Assembly: GCA_017396175.1 (NCBI GenBank)
Contig: JAFQMR010000032.1
Coordinates: 1-49,028, forward strand
From: Clostridia bacterium
GTDB taxonomy: Bacteria > Bacillota > Clostridia > Oscillospirales > Acutalibacteraceae
Reading direction: 5' to 3'
DNA length: 49,028 nucleotides
Numbering within the stretch: the first letter of the stretch is position 1; each line of letters opens with the position of its first letter. Positions 20,085 to 28,958 of this stretch are shown here, in pieces. A program made the position numbers and the translations under genes. The notes under the pieces were generated by a model, which ran no database searches, was not told where the DNA came from, and saw only the letters and a program-made list of their open reading frames with translations.

Positions 20085-20306
20085 ATGAAAGGAGATGATA
20101 GCGTGATCTATCCGACAAAAAGCAGTAAATGTTGCGGTACCTGTGCGCATTGGTGCGGTCCGCGCCAGGCGAAGATGGGACAGGCCGTGATCCAAAGCGC
20201 CGATACACGCGGCAAGTGCACCAAGGGTGTCAATCATGCGGCGAACGGCAATCAGGCGAACAGCGGGTTCGGCTGTTCCAAGTATCAGCTGTGGTCGGCG
20301 CTCTGA
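20085..20306 (+). CDS. hypothetical small Cys-rich protein (67-73 aa)
   Basis: Contains 'CCGTCAHWC' plus two more Cys residues. The alternative GTG start at 20103 has the better RBS (AAGGAG). Confidence 0.4.
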   Translation: MKGDDSVIYPTKSSKCCGTCAHWCGPRQAKMGQAVIQSADTRGKCTKGVNHAANGNQANSGFGCSKYQLWSAL

Positions 20307-20311
20307 ATGAC

Positions 20312-20349
20312 AAAACGCTCCGCTCTGTGAAAACAGAGCGGAGCGTTTT
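20312..20349. terminator. bidirectional intrinsic terminator
   Basis: Perfect 16-bp stem AAAACGCTCCGCTCTG (20312-20327) / CAGAGCGGAGCGTTTT (20334-20349), between the convergent small-gene operon and nrdR. Confidence 0.8.
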
Positions 20350-20360
20350 CGGTTTATAAA

Positions 20361-20828
20361 TTATTTCTCGTCCTTTGCGGCGGAGAGAAGCTTTGTGATC
20401 GTTTCCTGGAAGGAGCTGATGTCCGTAAACTGGCGGTAAACGGAGGCAAAGCGCACGTAGGCGATCGCGTCGATGTCCTTGAGGGCTTCCATCGCGTATT
20501 CGCCGATCTGCTGTGCGGTGACCTCGCGGTCGAGAGAATTCTGGAGCTTCGCCTCGATATCGTTGACCACCTTATCGAGTGCTTCAAACGGCACAGGGCG
20601 CTTTTCGCACGCGCGCATCAGACCGTTGAACAGCTTCTGGCGGTCGAACACCTCGCGGGAGTTGTCGCGCTTTACGACGATGATGGGCAGGCTTTCGATC
20701 ACCTCGTAGGTGGTGAAGCGCTTGCCGCACTGCAGGCATTCGCGACGGCGGCGGATGCGCTCGTTTTCGTCGGTGGGGCGGGAATCAATGACCTTGCTTT
20801 CGCTGAATCCGCAAAACGGACATTTCAT
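20361..20828 (-). CDS. nrdR: transcriptional repressor NrdR
   Basis: 155 aa with the N-terminal zinc ribbon '[42 protein letters not shown]' followed by an ATP-cone. Confidence 0.9.
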   Translation of the reverse strand: MKCPFCGFSESKVIDSRPTDENERIRRRRECLQCGKRFTTYEVIESLPIIVVKRDNSREVFDRQKLFNGLMRACEKRPVPFEALDKVVNDIEAKLQNSLDREVTAQQIGEYAMEALKDIDAIAYVRFASVYRQFTDISSFQETITKLLSAAKDEK

Positions 20829-20866
20829 AGGCTTGTCAGCTCCTTCGCTCGTTGTAGTTACTCCTT

Positions 20867-20895
20867 AGAATAGCATATCTTGACACAAAATGCAA
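20867..20895 (-). promoter_or_regulatory. candidate sigma-A promoter for nrdR
   Basis: On the minus strand: TTGCAT (20895-20890), 17-nt spacer, TATTCT (20872-20867). Confidence 0.35.
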
Positions 20896-20927
20896 GAAAT
20901 ATCACAAAATCGTCACCATATCTTGTG

Positions 20928-21713
20928 TCACAGGGTATCGAGCGCCTGTCGCAGAGCGGCGGTTCCCGCCGAAAAATCGTCGAGACTGTCGAAATTGTGG
21001 CGATAAAGCTCGATGATCAGTGCCCCGTCAAAGCCGCTGTCTTTCAGCGCACGCAGGATCGGCGGGAAGCGGACTGTCCCTTTCCCGGGCATCAGGCAAT
21101 CCTCCTCGGCGGTCGCGTCGCTGATGTGCACGTGGCGGATCGCCCCCGCCATTGCGTCGATCATTGCAAACACATCGACATCGCTTCGGCGGCATTGCTT
21201 GAGATCCAGCGTGAACTGCGCCTTGTTGCCGAGCTGACGGCGCATCGCCCGTACGTAGTCGGGGGAGGAGGCGCGAAACCGCACAACATTTTCCTGTAAC
21301 AGCGTCACGCCGAAGGTGCGCCCGAGGTCATAAAGCCGTTCGAAGCGAGCGATGGATTCCTCCTCGGTCAGGTGCCCCGGTTCGCGGTCACCGTGCAAAA
21401 TGACGTAGTCGGCACCGACTGCGGCGGCGGTCTCATAGATCGGCTTAAACACCTCAAGGCCGTCGAGAAAACGGCGCTCGTATTTGGAAAACAGCAGGTA
21501 CGGCTCAAAGCAGGAGGTGTAGGAATGGAGCGAGCGGATGGCGATTCCCGCGTCGTCGGCGCGTCTCTTCATCTCGGAGGCAAACGACGGCGTGACCTCG
21601 GAGACCGTGTTGAGAAACACCTCCGTCACCTCGGCACCTCGCCCTTTGAGCGAGGACAGCGCCTCCTCGACAAGCGTGGGGTACAGGTTCGCCGTGGAAA
21701 TCCCGATCTGCAT
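20928..21713 (-). CDS. sugar phosphate isomerase/epimerase (xylose-isomerase-like TIM barrel)
   Basis: 261 aa with the typical 'MQIGISTANLY' start and a pattern of metal-binding His/Asp/Glu positions ('ILHGD', 'HISD'). Confidence 0.7.
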   Translation of the reverse strand: MQIGISTANLYPTLVEEALSSLKGRGAEVTEVFLNTVSEVTPSFASEMKRRADDAGIAIRSLHSYTSCFEPYLLFSKYERRFLDGLEVFKPIYETAAAVGADYVILHGDREPGHLTEEESIARFERLYDLGRTFGVTLLQENVVRFRASSPDYVRAMRRQLGNKAQFTLDLKQCRRSDVDVFAMIDAMAGAIRHVHISDATAEEDCLMPGKGTVRFPPILRALKDSGFDGALIIELYRHNFDSLDDFSAGTAALRQALDTL

Positions 21714-21763
21714 AAAAAAGCCCCTTTCCTGTGGTGATACTTCAGTATATCACAGGAAAGGGG
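21714..21763 (-). terminator. intrinsic terminator after the lipoprotein gene
   Basis: 13-bp stem CCCCTTTCCTGTG (21721-21733) / CACAGGAAAGGGG (21751-21763). On the minus strand it is followed by CTTTTTT, which runs directly into the ATG at 21713. Confidence 0.65.
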
Positions 21764-21777
21764 ATTCTGGCAAGCGA

Positions 21778-22686
21778 TCAATCGACGGTAAATTCCACCG
21801 ATAGGGTGAGAGGGATGACGCGGTGGTCCTCTGTCTTGTAGTGGCAGGAGGACGAAAAACGGTAGCGTCCCGCCTTCGAGAGATCAAACAGCCCGTAACG
21901 GTCGGGCGTATAGGTCTTTTGGAAAGTGCCGCCCGCCGCCAAAGAATAAGCAGGCATGATCCATACGGCATCCTCGTCGGTGAGGACGCTTTCCCAGTGC
22001 GTGCCGTCATAGTATTCGATGTCGTAGGGCTCGCCGAACCACGCTTCCAAGCCGCTCTCGTTGTGCCACGTGATATCGAGAACGGTATAGCCGTCCTCAC
22101 GCTCCTGACGGTCGAGCGTCAGATAAAAATGCTCGTCCACCGAGGGGGTGAGGAGCGGCGACTGTACCTGATAGCCGAAGGGATAGGGCTTACCGTCCGT
22201 CGCCACTTGCTCGACACGGCCGTCCTCCTTGACAATAAAGTGAAACGACCGCATGCCTGCGGTGCGTCGGTCTTCGACGCTGTAGCTCCCGTAAAAGGTA
22301 AGCTCTTCTTCGAGCGGCAACACATACGGAGCGATGTCGTAGGTCACGGTGAGCGAGGAGTGCGGTGCCACCGTATAGCTGTTCAGCGTGAATTGTGCGT
22401 CGGCATACGGGTGGGTGCCGTCAAAGCAACTCTCGGGTCCGTTATCTCCTTTGCGAACAATATCGAAGTTGCGGTCGGTCGGGTAGATCGTCTGCTCGAG
22501 CGGGTTATACCACGTGACAGACAGCGTTGGCGGATCGGCATCAAGGTCGGCTTCCGACAGGACGATGGTTACGTCGTTCGGCAGGAGAGAACCCGACGAT
22601 GCCGACTGTTCGGTGTCGGGTGTCGGGGCGGTACAGCCTGCGAAAAGCAGGGCAAAAACGGTTAAAAGTATAAGGCTTCGTTTCAA
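21778..22686 (-). CDS. lipoprotein with two homologous beta-rich halves, function unknown
   Basis: Lipobox 'LLFAGC'. The two halves share the motif 'L[SD][VI]TW[YH]N' and similar spacing. Confidence 0.6.
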   Translation of the reverse strand: MKRSLILLTVFALLFAGCTAPTPDTEQSASSGSLLPNDVTIVLSEADLDADPPTLSVTWYNPLEQTIYPTDRNFDIVRKGDNGPESCFDGTHPYADAQFTLNSYTVAPHSSLTVTYDIAPYVLPLEEELTFYGSYSVEDRRTAGMRSFHFIVKEDGRVEQVATDGKPYPFGYQVQSPLLTPSVDEHFYLTLDRQEREDGYTVLDITWHNESGLEAWFGEPYDIEYYDGTHWESVLTDEDAVWIMPAYSLAAGGTFQKTYTPDRYGLFDLSKAGRYRFSSSCHYKTEDHRVIPLTLSVEFTVD

Positions 22687-22701
22687 GGTATAGTCCTCCT
22701 T

Positions 22702-23307
22702 TTACGGCAGGTCGAAGGCGTCCTTCAGGGTTTTGAGCATCTCGTCCGACAGTGTCACCGTGACACCGTTTTCCGAGAGGCGGTTTTCTTCCAGCGTCCA
22801 GACACGCACATCGGTCGGCGACATCCGTGTGGTGATGCGGACGGCTTCGGCGGTCGTGCCGAGGGTCGGCTCCTCGGGCGCATCGGCGGGCTCCTCCACC
22901 GTGATATCGGCGTTTGTCGGTTGCGTCGCCATCGCGTCGGTGAGAAGGGCAAAGCGTACCGTTGCCTCGTCACCGCTCCAGAAGCGAAGCCGATTGCCGA
23001 CCATGCATTCCACGGTGGGATTTGTCTGAAGCACCGTGGAGCCGACGTCCAACGTCCCGTCTGCGTCGCCGCGGTTGGCGGTCGCGCCGTTCTTATCCTC
23101 GGAGGCATTGCCCGCGTACATATACATTTCCTCCGCGCCGTCCTCGGGCGCAACGGGTGGTGCGGGCTTCCAAAGAAGCCCTCCGACCACGGCGCACACG
23201 GCGAGTGCGGCAAGGGTGGTGCCGCCTCGGATGAGGCGGTTGCGGCGACGGATGCGTGCGCGACTGCGCTCCATCACGTCCGCCTTGCGTTCTTCAAAGG
23301 TTTTCAT
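22702..23307 (-). CDS. putative membrane-anchored anti-sigma factor
   Basis: 201 aa with a short cytoplasmic N-terminus, one TM segment ('LAALAVCAVVGGLLW') and an extracytoplasmic domain. Its start overlaps the sigma-gene stop by 4 nt. Confidence 0.5.
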   Translation of the reverse strand: MKTFEERKADVMERSRARIRRRNRLIRGGTTLAALAVCAVVGGLLWKPAPPVAPEDGAEEMYMYAGNASEDKNGATANRGDADGTLDVGSTVLQTNPTVECMVGNRLRFWSGDEATVRFALLTDAMATQPTNADITVEEPADAPEEPTLGTTAEAVRITTRMSPTDVRVWTLEENRLSENGVTVTLSDEMLKTLKDAFDLP

Positions 23308-23843
23308 AGCGTCAGCCCCTCCTCTGTCAGGACGGTGCGAAGCTCGCGCTTGGCACGGGACAACAGGTTGTCGATCTGCTTGCGATTCTTGTTCATCACG
23401 CGTCCCGCCTCGTCATAGGACAAGCCTTCAAAATACACCAGATGCACCGCCGCCTGCATATCGGTCGGCAGATCGGCGATCGCTTTATGTAAAGCGCGGT
23501 GCCGTTCCGTTTTCAGCACCGTATCCTCAAGGCTCTCCCGCTCGGCAAGCTGCTCGTCGAGCGGCTCAAAGCGCAGGCGCTTTTGCCGCTTGAGGTGATT
23601 GAGCGCACGGTTGCGGGCGAGCGTGAACAGGTAGGTGCTTAACGCGTATTGGAAGTTATAGCGACGGCGGTGCACCACGAGGTCTGCGAACACATCCGTC
23701 GCGATATCCTCAGCGGTGTACAGGTCGTGCACATAGCGGTCGATGAACAGGATCAGGCGGTCAAACCACAGCCTCATGATCTCGTCAAACGCGGCGTCAT
23801 CCCCGTCAAGATAGCGGCGGTAGCTACTTGCACCGTTATCCAT
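23304..23843 (-). CDS. ECF-type RNA polymerase sigma-70 factor
   Basis: 179 aa with region 2 ('DIATDVFADLV') and a region 4 HTH ('EGLSYDEAGRVMNKNRKQIDNLLSRAKREL'). Confidence 0.8.
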   Translation of the reverse strand: MDNGASSYRRYLDGDDAAFDEIMRLWFDRLILFIDRYVHDLYTAEDIATDVFADLVVHRRRYNFQYALSTYLFTLARNRALNHLKRQKRLRFEPLDEQLAERESLEDTVLKTERHRALHKAIADLPTDMQAAVHLVYFEGLSYDEAGRVMNKNRKQIDNLLSRAKRELRTVLTEEGLTL

Positions 23844-23945
23844 ACGACGATTCCTCCGATCTGTCTCTGCCTCTTATACAATCAAAAGGCAAGAAATCCT
23901 TATACTTTTTTCAGTATAGCACGAAACGCGGTGCTTGTGCAAATC

Positions 23946-24731
23946 TTACGCACGACATACCCACAGGTTGCGGATCTGTGAGCGGATCGCGCTGAGCTCC
24001 CACAGTTGTTCGGAGCGTTTTACGCTGTTCGGATCGTTCACCCGTATCTTGCCGTCCTCCACGGCGGTCATCACGATAAAATGCCCGTCCGACGTGAAGT
24101 CGCCTTCTCCCATAATGCAGATAATAGGATTCCCCGCCTCCAGATTGCGCAGGATGCGGTCGTCGTCGAGCGGGATCTCGGTCACCTCCAGCCCGAGCTG
24201 CTCGCCGCCCTCGGCAATCAACGCCCATGCACTGCCGTTGCCGTCGACACTGTAGCCGTGTTGCTCGGCAAATTCCGCAATGTAGGCGGGGGTATACGTG
24301 GCATCCTGTAAAAGATAGAGACATACCATCGACAGGCAGGTCGGACCGCATCCCGACAGTCCGAACAGCTCCCCTGCATAAGAGCGATACCCCCAACGCT
24401 CGTCCCATTGTAAAAGCAGCGGAACCTGCTCACACGGCAACAGCTCGCGAAGATCGACGGAGACAGGGAGGTCCTTTTTCAGCGGATAGTGAAGCACAAA
24501 CGAAGCGGCTTCGGGATGGCGCTCGTACAGCGAAAGCAGGGACGCGGGCCACAGCTCGACGGGCAAATGATGCTCCTTTGCAAAGGCGGATAAGCTGTCG
24601 GGCCGTGTCGGCGTTTCGGTCGGCGGGGGAGCGGCTTTGGGATAAAAAACGGTTACGAGAGCAACCGACAGCAGAACGCAAAGCACCAAGCACCGACGAA
24701 AGCGACGGGAAGAAGTACAGCGTCTTTTCAT
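23946..24731 (-). CDS. secreted C39-like (papain-fold) cysteine peptidase domain protein
   Basis: Signal/anchor sequence, then the catalytic-Cys context 'SGCGPTCLSMV' and a downstream 'GHFIV' His. The ATG at 24731 is preferred over the TTG at 24740. Confidence 0.65.
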   Translation of the reverse strand: MKRRCTSSRRFRRCLVLCVLLSVALVTVFYPKAAPPPTETPTRPDSLSAFAKEHHLPVELWPASLLSLYERHPEAASFVLHYPLKKDLPVSVDLRELLPCEQVPLLLQWDERWGYRSYAGELFGLSGCGPTCLSMVCLYLLQDATYTPAYIAEFAEQHGYSVDGNGSAWALIAEGGEQLGLEVTEIPLDDDRILRNLEAGNPIICIMGEGDFTSDGHFIVMTAVEDGKIRVNDPNSVKRSEQLWELSAIRSQIRNLWVCRA

Positions 24732-24763
24732 AAAAAACAACTCCTATCTTTTTTGAGATAGGA
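24732..24763 (-). terminator. intrinsic terminator after the histidine kinase gene
   Basis: Stem CTCCTATC (24741-24748) / GATAGGAG (24756-24763). On the minus strand it is followed by TTGTTTTTT. Confidence 0.55.
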
Positions 24764-24826
24764 GCAGTATAACGGATTGTGTTTGGGAATGTATTAGGGC
24801 TTCCTTACCGAAAGCTTACGGTTTTC

Positions 24827-25888
24827 TTACATCGGGAGTGTCACCTTCAGCTCGGTCCATCCGCGGATACACGAGGCGCGGATGGTACCGCCGTGCAGCT
24901 CAATGATCTGCTTGGCAAACGCCAGTCCGAGGCCCGAGCCGCCCGTTGCCGTGCGGCGGGCGCTGTCACCGCGGTAGAATTTATCAAACAGCCGTTCAAG
25001 CTTTTCAGCGGGGATATCGTCACCTTGGTTGCAGACGGATACAACGAGTTGTCCGTTTTGTGCGGAGGCGTTAACGTAGATCACGGTGCCGCTGTGGCTG
25101 TAGCTGACCGCGTTGCGGAACAGATTATCGAACACGCGTGCGAGCTTGTCGGCGTCCGCGTAGGCGGTCAGACCTGCCGCGATCCGATGCTCAACGGTCA
25201 GCTCGCGCTTGATAAGCATCGGGTGGAATTCTTCTAAAACCTGCAGCAGCAGGCGTGTGACGTTGACGTGAGAGCATTGCGTCTGAGGCGTTTGCAGATT
25301 CATACGCGTGATCTCAAAGAATTCGTTGATCAGCTGTTCCAGACGGTAGGCCTTGTCGAGAGCTATCCCCGCATACTTGGCGCGCTGTGCAGGCGGAAGA
25401 TCGGGCGTTTCCTCCAGCAGACTCACATAGCCGATCACTGAGGTGAGGGGCGTTTTGAGATCGTGTGCCAGATAGACGATCAGATCGTTTTTCTGTTGCT
25501 CGGCAAGCTGGCGGGCTTGCTCGGCTTCCTGCTGTGCGGCATAGAAGCTCTGTATCTTTTGATGAAAATCGCGAAGCTCTTCCGGGACTTTCGGCGCGTT
25601 CATCAGCGGGCTGTCCTCTTGCAGGCTTTGCTCGGCCATTCCGAGTAAACGGCCGGTGTGAAGGATGGTGATGACCGAGAGGACCAGCAATCCTGCGGTG
25701 TACGGCAGGCATAGATAGAACCAGCGGTTTTCGTTGAGAGCAATGTACAGCGAAAAGGGCAGATGATCATAAAGCCATTGCATAAGCCAGCCGTTGAGCC
25801 ATTGGTCGATCAGCACGGCGCACAGCACGTAAACGGCCGAATAGATCAGTACGCGAAGGGCAAAGCGTTTTAAAACTTTACTTTTCAA
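24827..25888 (-). CDS. sensor histidine kinase (two TM segments, short loop, HisKA + HATPase_c)
   Basis: H-box 'LAHDLKTPLTS', N-box 'RVFDNLFRNAVSY' and G-box 'GGSGLGLAFAKQI'. The start is inferred as the TTG at 25888, overlapping the end of the response-regulator gene; the listed ORF extends further upstream into the RR gene. Confidence 0.75.
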   Translation of the reverse strand: MKSKVLKRFALRVLIYSAVYVLCAVLIDQWLNGWLMQWLYDHLPFSLYIALNENRWFYLCLPYTAGLLVLSVITILHTGRLLGMAEQSLQEDSPLMNAPKVPEELRDFHQKIQSFYAAQQEAEQARQLAEQQKNDLIVYLAHDLKTPLTSVIGYVSLLEETPDLPPAQRAKYAGIALDKAYRLEQLINEFFEITRMNLQTPQTQCSHVNVTRLLLQVLEEFHPMLIKRELTVEHRIAAGLTAYADADKLARVFDNLFRNAVSYSHSGTVIYVNASAQNGQLVVSVCNQGDDIPAEKLERLFDKFYRGDSARRTATGGSGLGLAFAKQIIELHGGTIRASCIRGWTELKVTLPM

Positions 25889-26567
25889 TTTTATACCCCA
25901 CTCCCCAAACGGTTTTGATGATCCGCGGCGCACGGGACGGCTCCTTGAGCTTTTCACGAAGGCGGCGGATGTGTACCATGACGGTGTTGTTGCTGTCGAG
26001 ATACGATTCCTTCCAGACGGTTTCAAAGATTTCTTCGGAGGAGACCACCGTTCCGCACCGCTCGCACAACAGCCACAGGATGTCAAACTCGGTCGGTGTG
26101 AGCGCGATCGGCTCGTTATATAACCGCACGGTATGCTCGGCGCGGTTCACAGTGAGGCCGCGCATTTCGAGGATATCGGCCGACGGTGGGCGTACGGTGT
26201 CGTAGGTCATCCGCCTGCGAAGCTGTGCCTTGACGCGTGCGAGCAGCTCAAGAGGGTTGAAGGGCTTTGTGATGTAATCGTCGGCGCCGATACCGAGCCC
26301 CGTGATTTTGTCAATATCCTCGGTGCGTGCCGTCAGCATAATGATCGGATACGTGTGCTTTCGGCGAATAGCGGCGCAAAGAGCAAATCCATCGATAACG
26401 GGCATCATAACGTCGAGGATCGCCAGATCCACGTCGGGCGTATGTTCGATATGCGCCAGTGCTTCGACGGGATCGTAAAAGGTGTGGGTGCGATACCCTT
26501 CTTGCTGTAAAACGACCTCTACCAGGTCGGCAATTTCCCGCTCGTCGTCTACGATCACAATGTTCAT
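25878..26567 (-). CDS. OmpR-family response regulator
   Basis: Starts 'MNIVIVDDEREI' and has the receiver Asp in 'LAILDVMMP' and a winged-helix C-terminus 'VWGVGYKIEK'. The upstream part of the listed ORF has no homology. Confidence 0.85.
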   Translation of the reverse strand: MNIVIVDDEREIADLVEVVLQQEGYRTHTFYDPVEALAHIEHTPDVDLAILDVMMPVIDGFALCAAIRRKHTYPIIMLTARTEDIDKITGLGIGADDYITKPFNPLELLARVKAQLRRRMTYDTVRPPSADILEMRGLTVNRAEHTVRLYNEPIALTPTEFDILWLLCERCGTVVSSEEIFETVWKESYLDSNNTVMVHIRRLREKLKEPSRAPRIIKTVWGVGYKIEK

Positions 26568-26632
26568 CGTCAGTCCCGCCTTTCGGATAGTCTGTTTACA
26601 GTATACCATAGAATATAAAAAGTGTTTTACGA

Positions 26633-26695
26633 TTTTCTTACAAAAGGGATGTGCCTTGACGGGTATACGGTTGTTTGCTATACTTTTCTTACAAA
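26633..26695 (+). repeat. perfect 12-nt direct repeat TTTTCTTACAAA (two copies)
   Basis: Copies at 26633-26644 and 26684-26695, 51 nt apart. The second copy overlaps the -10/TSS of the GH3 promoter. Confidence 0.8.
26656..26684 (+). promoter_or_regulatory. candidate sigma-A promoter for the GH3 gene
   Basis: TTGACG (26656-26661), 17-nt spacer, TATACT (26679-26684). Confidence 0.5.
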
Positions 26696-26709
26696 GTGAG
26701 GGATGCCAA

Positions 26710-28878
26710 GTGGACTTAAACGCTCTGTTGCAATCGATGACGATGAAAGAAAAGATCGGACAGCTGACGCAGTGTACGGCGGAGCTGTTTTTGCAGACCG
26801 ATGCCGCGGCCACAGGCCCGCGGGAGGCGATCGGCCTGCCCAAAGAGATGTTGCCGCTTGTCGGCAGTGTGCTCAATTTTGCGAACGCCGAGGAGATGTG
26901 CGCCATTCAGCGGGCGCATCTCGAAGCGGATCGCCTGAAGATCCCGATGCTGTTTATGATGGATGTGATCCACGGCTACCGTACGATCTTTCCGATCCCG
27001 CTGGCGATGGGTTGCTCAATGGATCCGTCGTTGATGGATGACTGCTCGCAGATGGCGGCAAAGGAGGCGGCGGCAAGCGGTGTCCACGTCACCTTCACGC
27101 CGATGGCGGATCAGTGCCGCGATGCGCGGTGGGGACGGATCATGGAAACCACGGGGGAGGATCCCCTCCTGAACGAATGGATGGGCAAGGCGCAGGTGTG
27201 GGGCTTTCAGGGCACCACACGGGACAATACCGACCTGCGCTCTCCCGACACCTTAGCCGCCTGTGTCAAGCATTTTGCGGGCTACGGTGCCGTGGAGGCA
27301 GGACGGGACTACAACACCGTCGAGCTGTCGGAGCGCACCCTGCGCGAGACGCATTTCCCCGCCTACAAGGCGTGCATCGACGCGGGCGCGAGAATGGTGA
27401 TGACCTCCTTCTCGGCGGTGGACGGCTTGCCTGCCGTTGCAAATCCGTGGCTGATGAAGACCGTGCTGAAAGAGGAAATGGGCTTTGACGGCGTGGTGAT
27501 CAGCGATTACGACGCGATCCGCGAGCTGACGGTGCACGGCGTGGCCGCCGATCTGAAGGAGGCCGCAAGGCTGGCGTTTTCAAACGGCTGTGACATCGAA
27601 ATGTGCTCGGCGGCGTATGCGCTTCACTTGGAGGCGCTTGTAAACGACGGTGTGCTGTCCGAGGCGGATATCGACAACGCCGTGATGCGTGTTCTGCGTC
27701 TGAAGGAGGAACTGGGACTGTTTGACGATCCCTATCGCGCGGTGGATCCGCAACGCGAGGATGCCGTCTGCACCGATCCCGCTCATCGCGTCCTGGCGCG
27801 TGAGGCGGCGGAGAAAACCGCCGTATTGCTCAAAAACAACGGCATTCTGCCGTTTTCCAAAGAGGTAAAGCGTGTCGCATTGATCGGGCCGTTTGCCGAG
27901 AACCACGCGATTCTCGGTTTCTGGTCGTGTCGCGGACGTGAGGAGGAAAGCGTCACCGTGCGGCAGGGGGTAGAAGCGTTGTTGCCGTATGCAGAGGTGA
28001 CGGCGGTGCGCGGGTGCGGCAACACCGTCGGCGATGTTGATCGCAGTGGTTTTGACGAGGCTGTCAAAGCGGCATCCGAAGCGGATGTTGTCATCCTTTG
28101 CCTCGGGGAACCGTCCCATTACAGCGGGGAGGGCAATTCCCGCGTTGACATCGCTCTTCCCGGGGTGCAGGAGGCGCTGGCAGAAGCAGTGATCGAGGCC
28201 AATCCGCAGACGGCGGTGGTGTTGTTTAACGGCCGTCCGCTCGCGGTACCGCGCCTGAAGGAGACAGCCCCCGCGATCTTGGAAATGTGGTTTCCGGGCA
28301 GTGAGGGCGGCTCGGCCGCGGCACGCTTGCTGTTCGGTGAGGTGAACCCGTCTGCTAAGCTCGCCGTTACCGTACCGCGCTGTGTCGGTCAATGCCCGAT
28401 CTCGTACCGCTACGCGTCCACGGGACGCCCGAAAACCATAGCTCACGGCTACCAGCCGTTCCGCTCCAACTACCTCGACGAGGAGATCACGCCGCTTTGG
28501 CCGTTCGGCTACGGCCTGTCCTACAGTCGGTTTGTGTATGAATCGCTGCGCTTGGAAACGGATACGCTCCGTTGCGGCGAACGTCTTATGGTGACGTTGG
28601 TGCTTCGTAACGACAGCGACCGCGAGGGCACGGAGACCGTGCAGGCGTATATCCGCGATCTGCACGCGTCGGTGACGCGTCCGACGCAACAGCTGATGTG
28701 GTTTAGCAAGGTGACGCTTCCACCCCATCAGCGCATCACGCTGAAGATCCCCGTGGAGGAGAGCGATCTTTGCTTCTTTGACCGCGAGATGCGGTATGTC
28801 GCCGAAGCGGGCACGTTTGAGCTGTTTGTCGGTTACGCCGACCATCCCGTTCACGCCGTACAATTTCGGTTGGAATAA
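26710..28878 (+). CDS. glycoside hydrolase family 3 (beta-glucosidase / BglX-like)
   Basis: N-terminus 'LLQSMTMKEKIGQL' typical of GH3, then 'GVVISDY' (nucleophile Asp region) and a C-terminal fibronectin-like domain. The GTG at 26710 has a GAGGGA RBS; the ATG at 26737 is an alternative start. Confidence 0.8.
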   Translation: MDLNALLQSMTMKEKIGQLTQCTAELFLQTDAAATGPREAIGLPKEMLPLVGSVLNFANAEEMCAIQRAHLEADRLKIPMLFMMDVIHGYRTIFPIPLAMGCSMDPSLMDDCSQMAAKEAAASGVHVTFTPMADQCRDARWGRIMETTGEDPLLNEWMGKAQVWGFQGTTRDNTDLRSPDTLAACVKHFAGYGAVEAGRDYNTVELSERTLRETHFPAYKACIDAGARMVMTSFSAVDGLPAVANPWLMKTVLKEEMGFDGVVISDYDAIRELTVHGVAADLKEAARLAFSNGCDIEMCSAAYALHLEALVNDGVLSEADIDNAVMRVLRLKEELGLFDDPYRAVDPQREDAVCTDPAHRVLAREAAEKTAVLLKNNGILPFSKEVKRVALIGPFAENHAILGFWSCRGREEESVTVRQGVEALLPYAEVTAVRGCGNTVGDVDRSGFDEAVKAASEADVVILCLGEPSHYSGEGNSRVDIALPGVQEALAEAVIEANPQTAVVLFNGRPLAVPRLKETAPAILEMWFPGSEGGSAAARLLFGEVNPSAKLAVTVPRCVGQCPISYRYASTGRPKTIAHGYQPFRSNYLDEEITPLWPFGYGLSYSRFVYESLRLETDTLRCGERLMVTLVLRNDSDREGTETVQAYIRDLHASVTRPTQQLMWFSKVTLPPHQRITLKIPVEESDLCFFDREMRYVAEAGTFELFVGYADHPVHAVQFRLE

Positions 28879-28887
28879 AAAGAGAGG

Positions 28888-28930
28888 CTGTTTGCCCAAG
28901 TGTTCTTAAGGACACTTGGGCAGTTTTATT
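28888..28930 (+). terminator. intrinsic terminator after the GH3 gene
   Basis: Stem GCCCAAGTGT (28894-28903) / ACACTTGGGC (28912-28921) followed by AGTTTTATT. Confidence 0.7.
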
Positions 28931-28958
28931 CGCCTTACGGCGAGTGTTATTGCTACGC

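Noticed and set aside
20880-20930. The inverted repeat TGACACAA ... TTGTGTCA upstream of nrdR, considered as NrdR boxes.
   Set aside because: The match to the 16-bp NrdR-box palindrome as I recall it is poor and the spacing is atypical. It may simply be a weak hairpin after the isomerase gene.
11697-26567. A VanY-type peptidase and a VanRS-like two-component pair in one window, considered as a glycopeptide-resistance cluster.
   Set aside because: The genes are 12 kb apart on different strands. No vanH, van ligase or vanX homologues are present, and the two-component system sits next to a GH3 gene instead.
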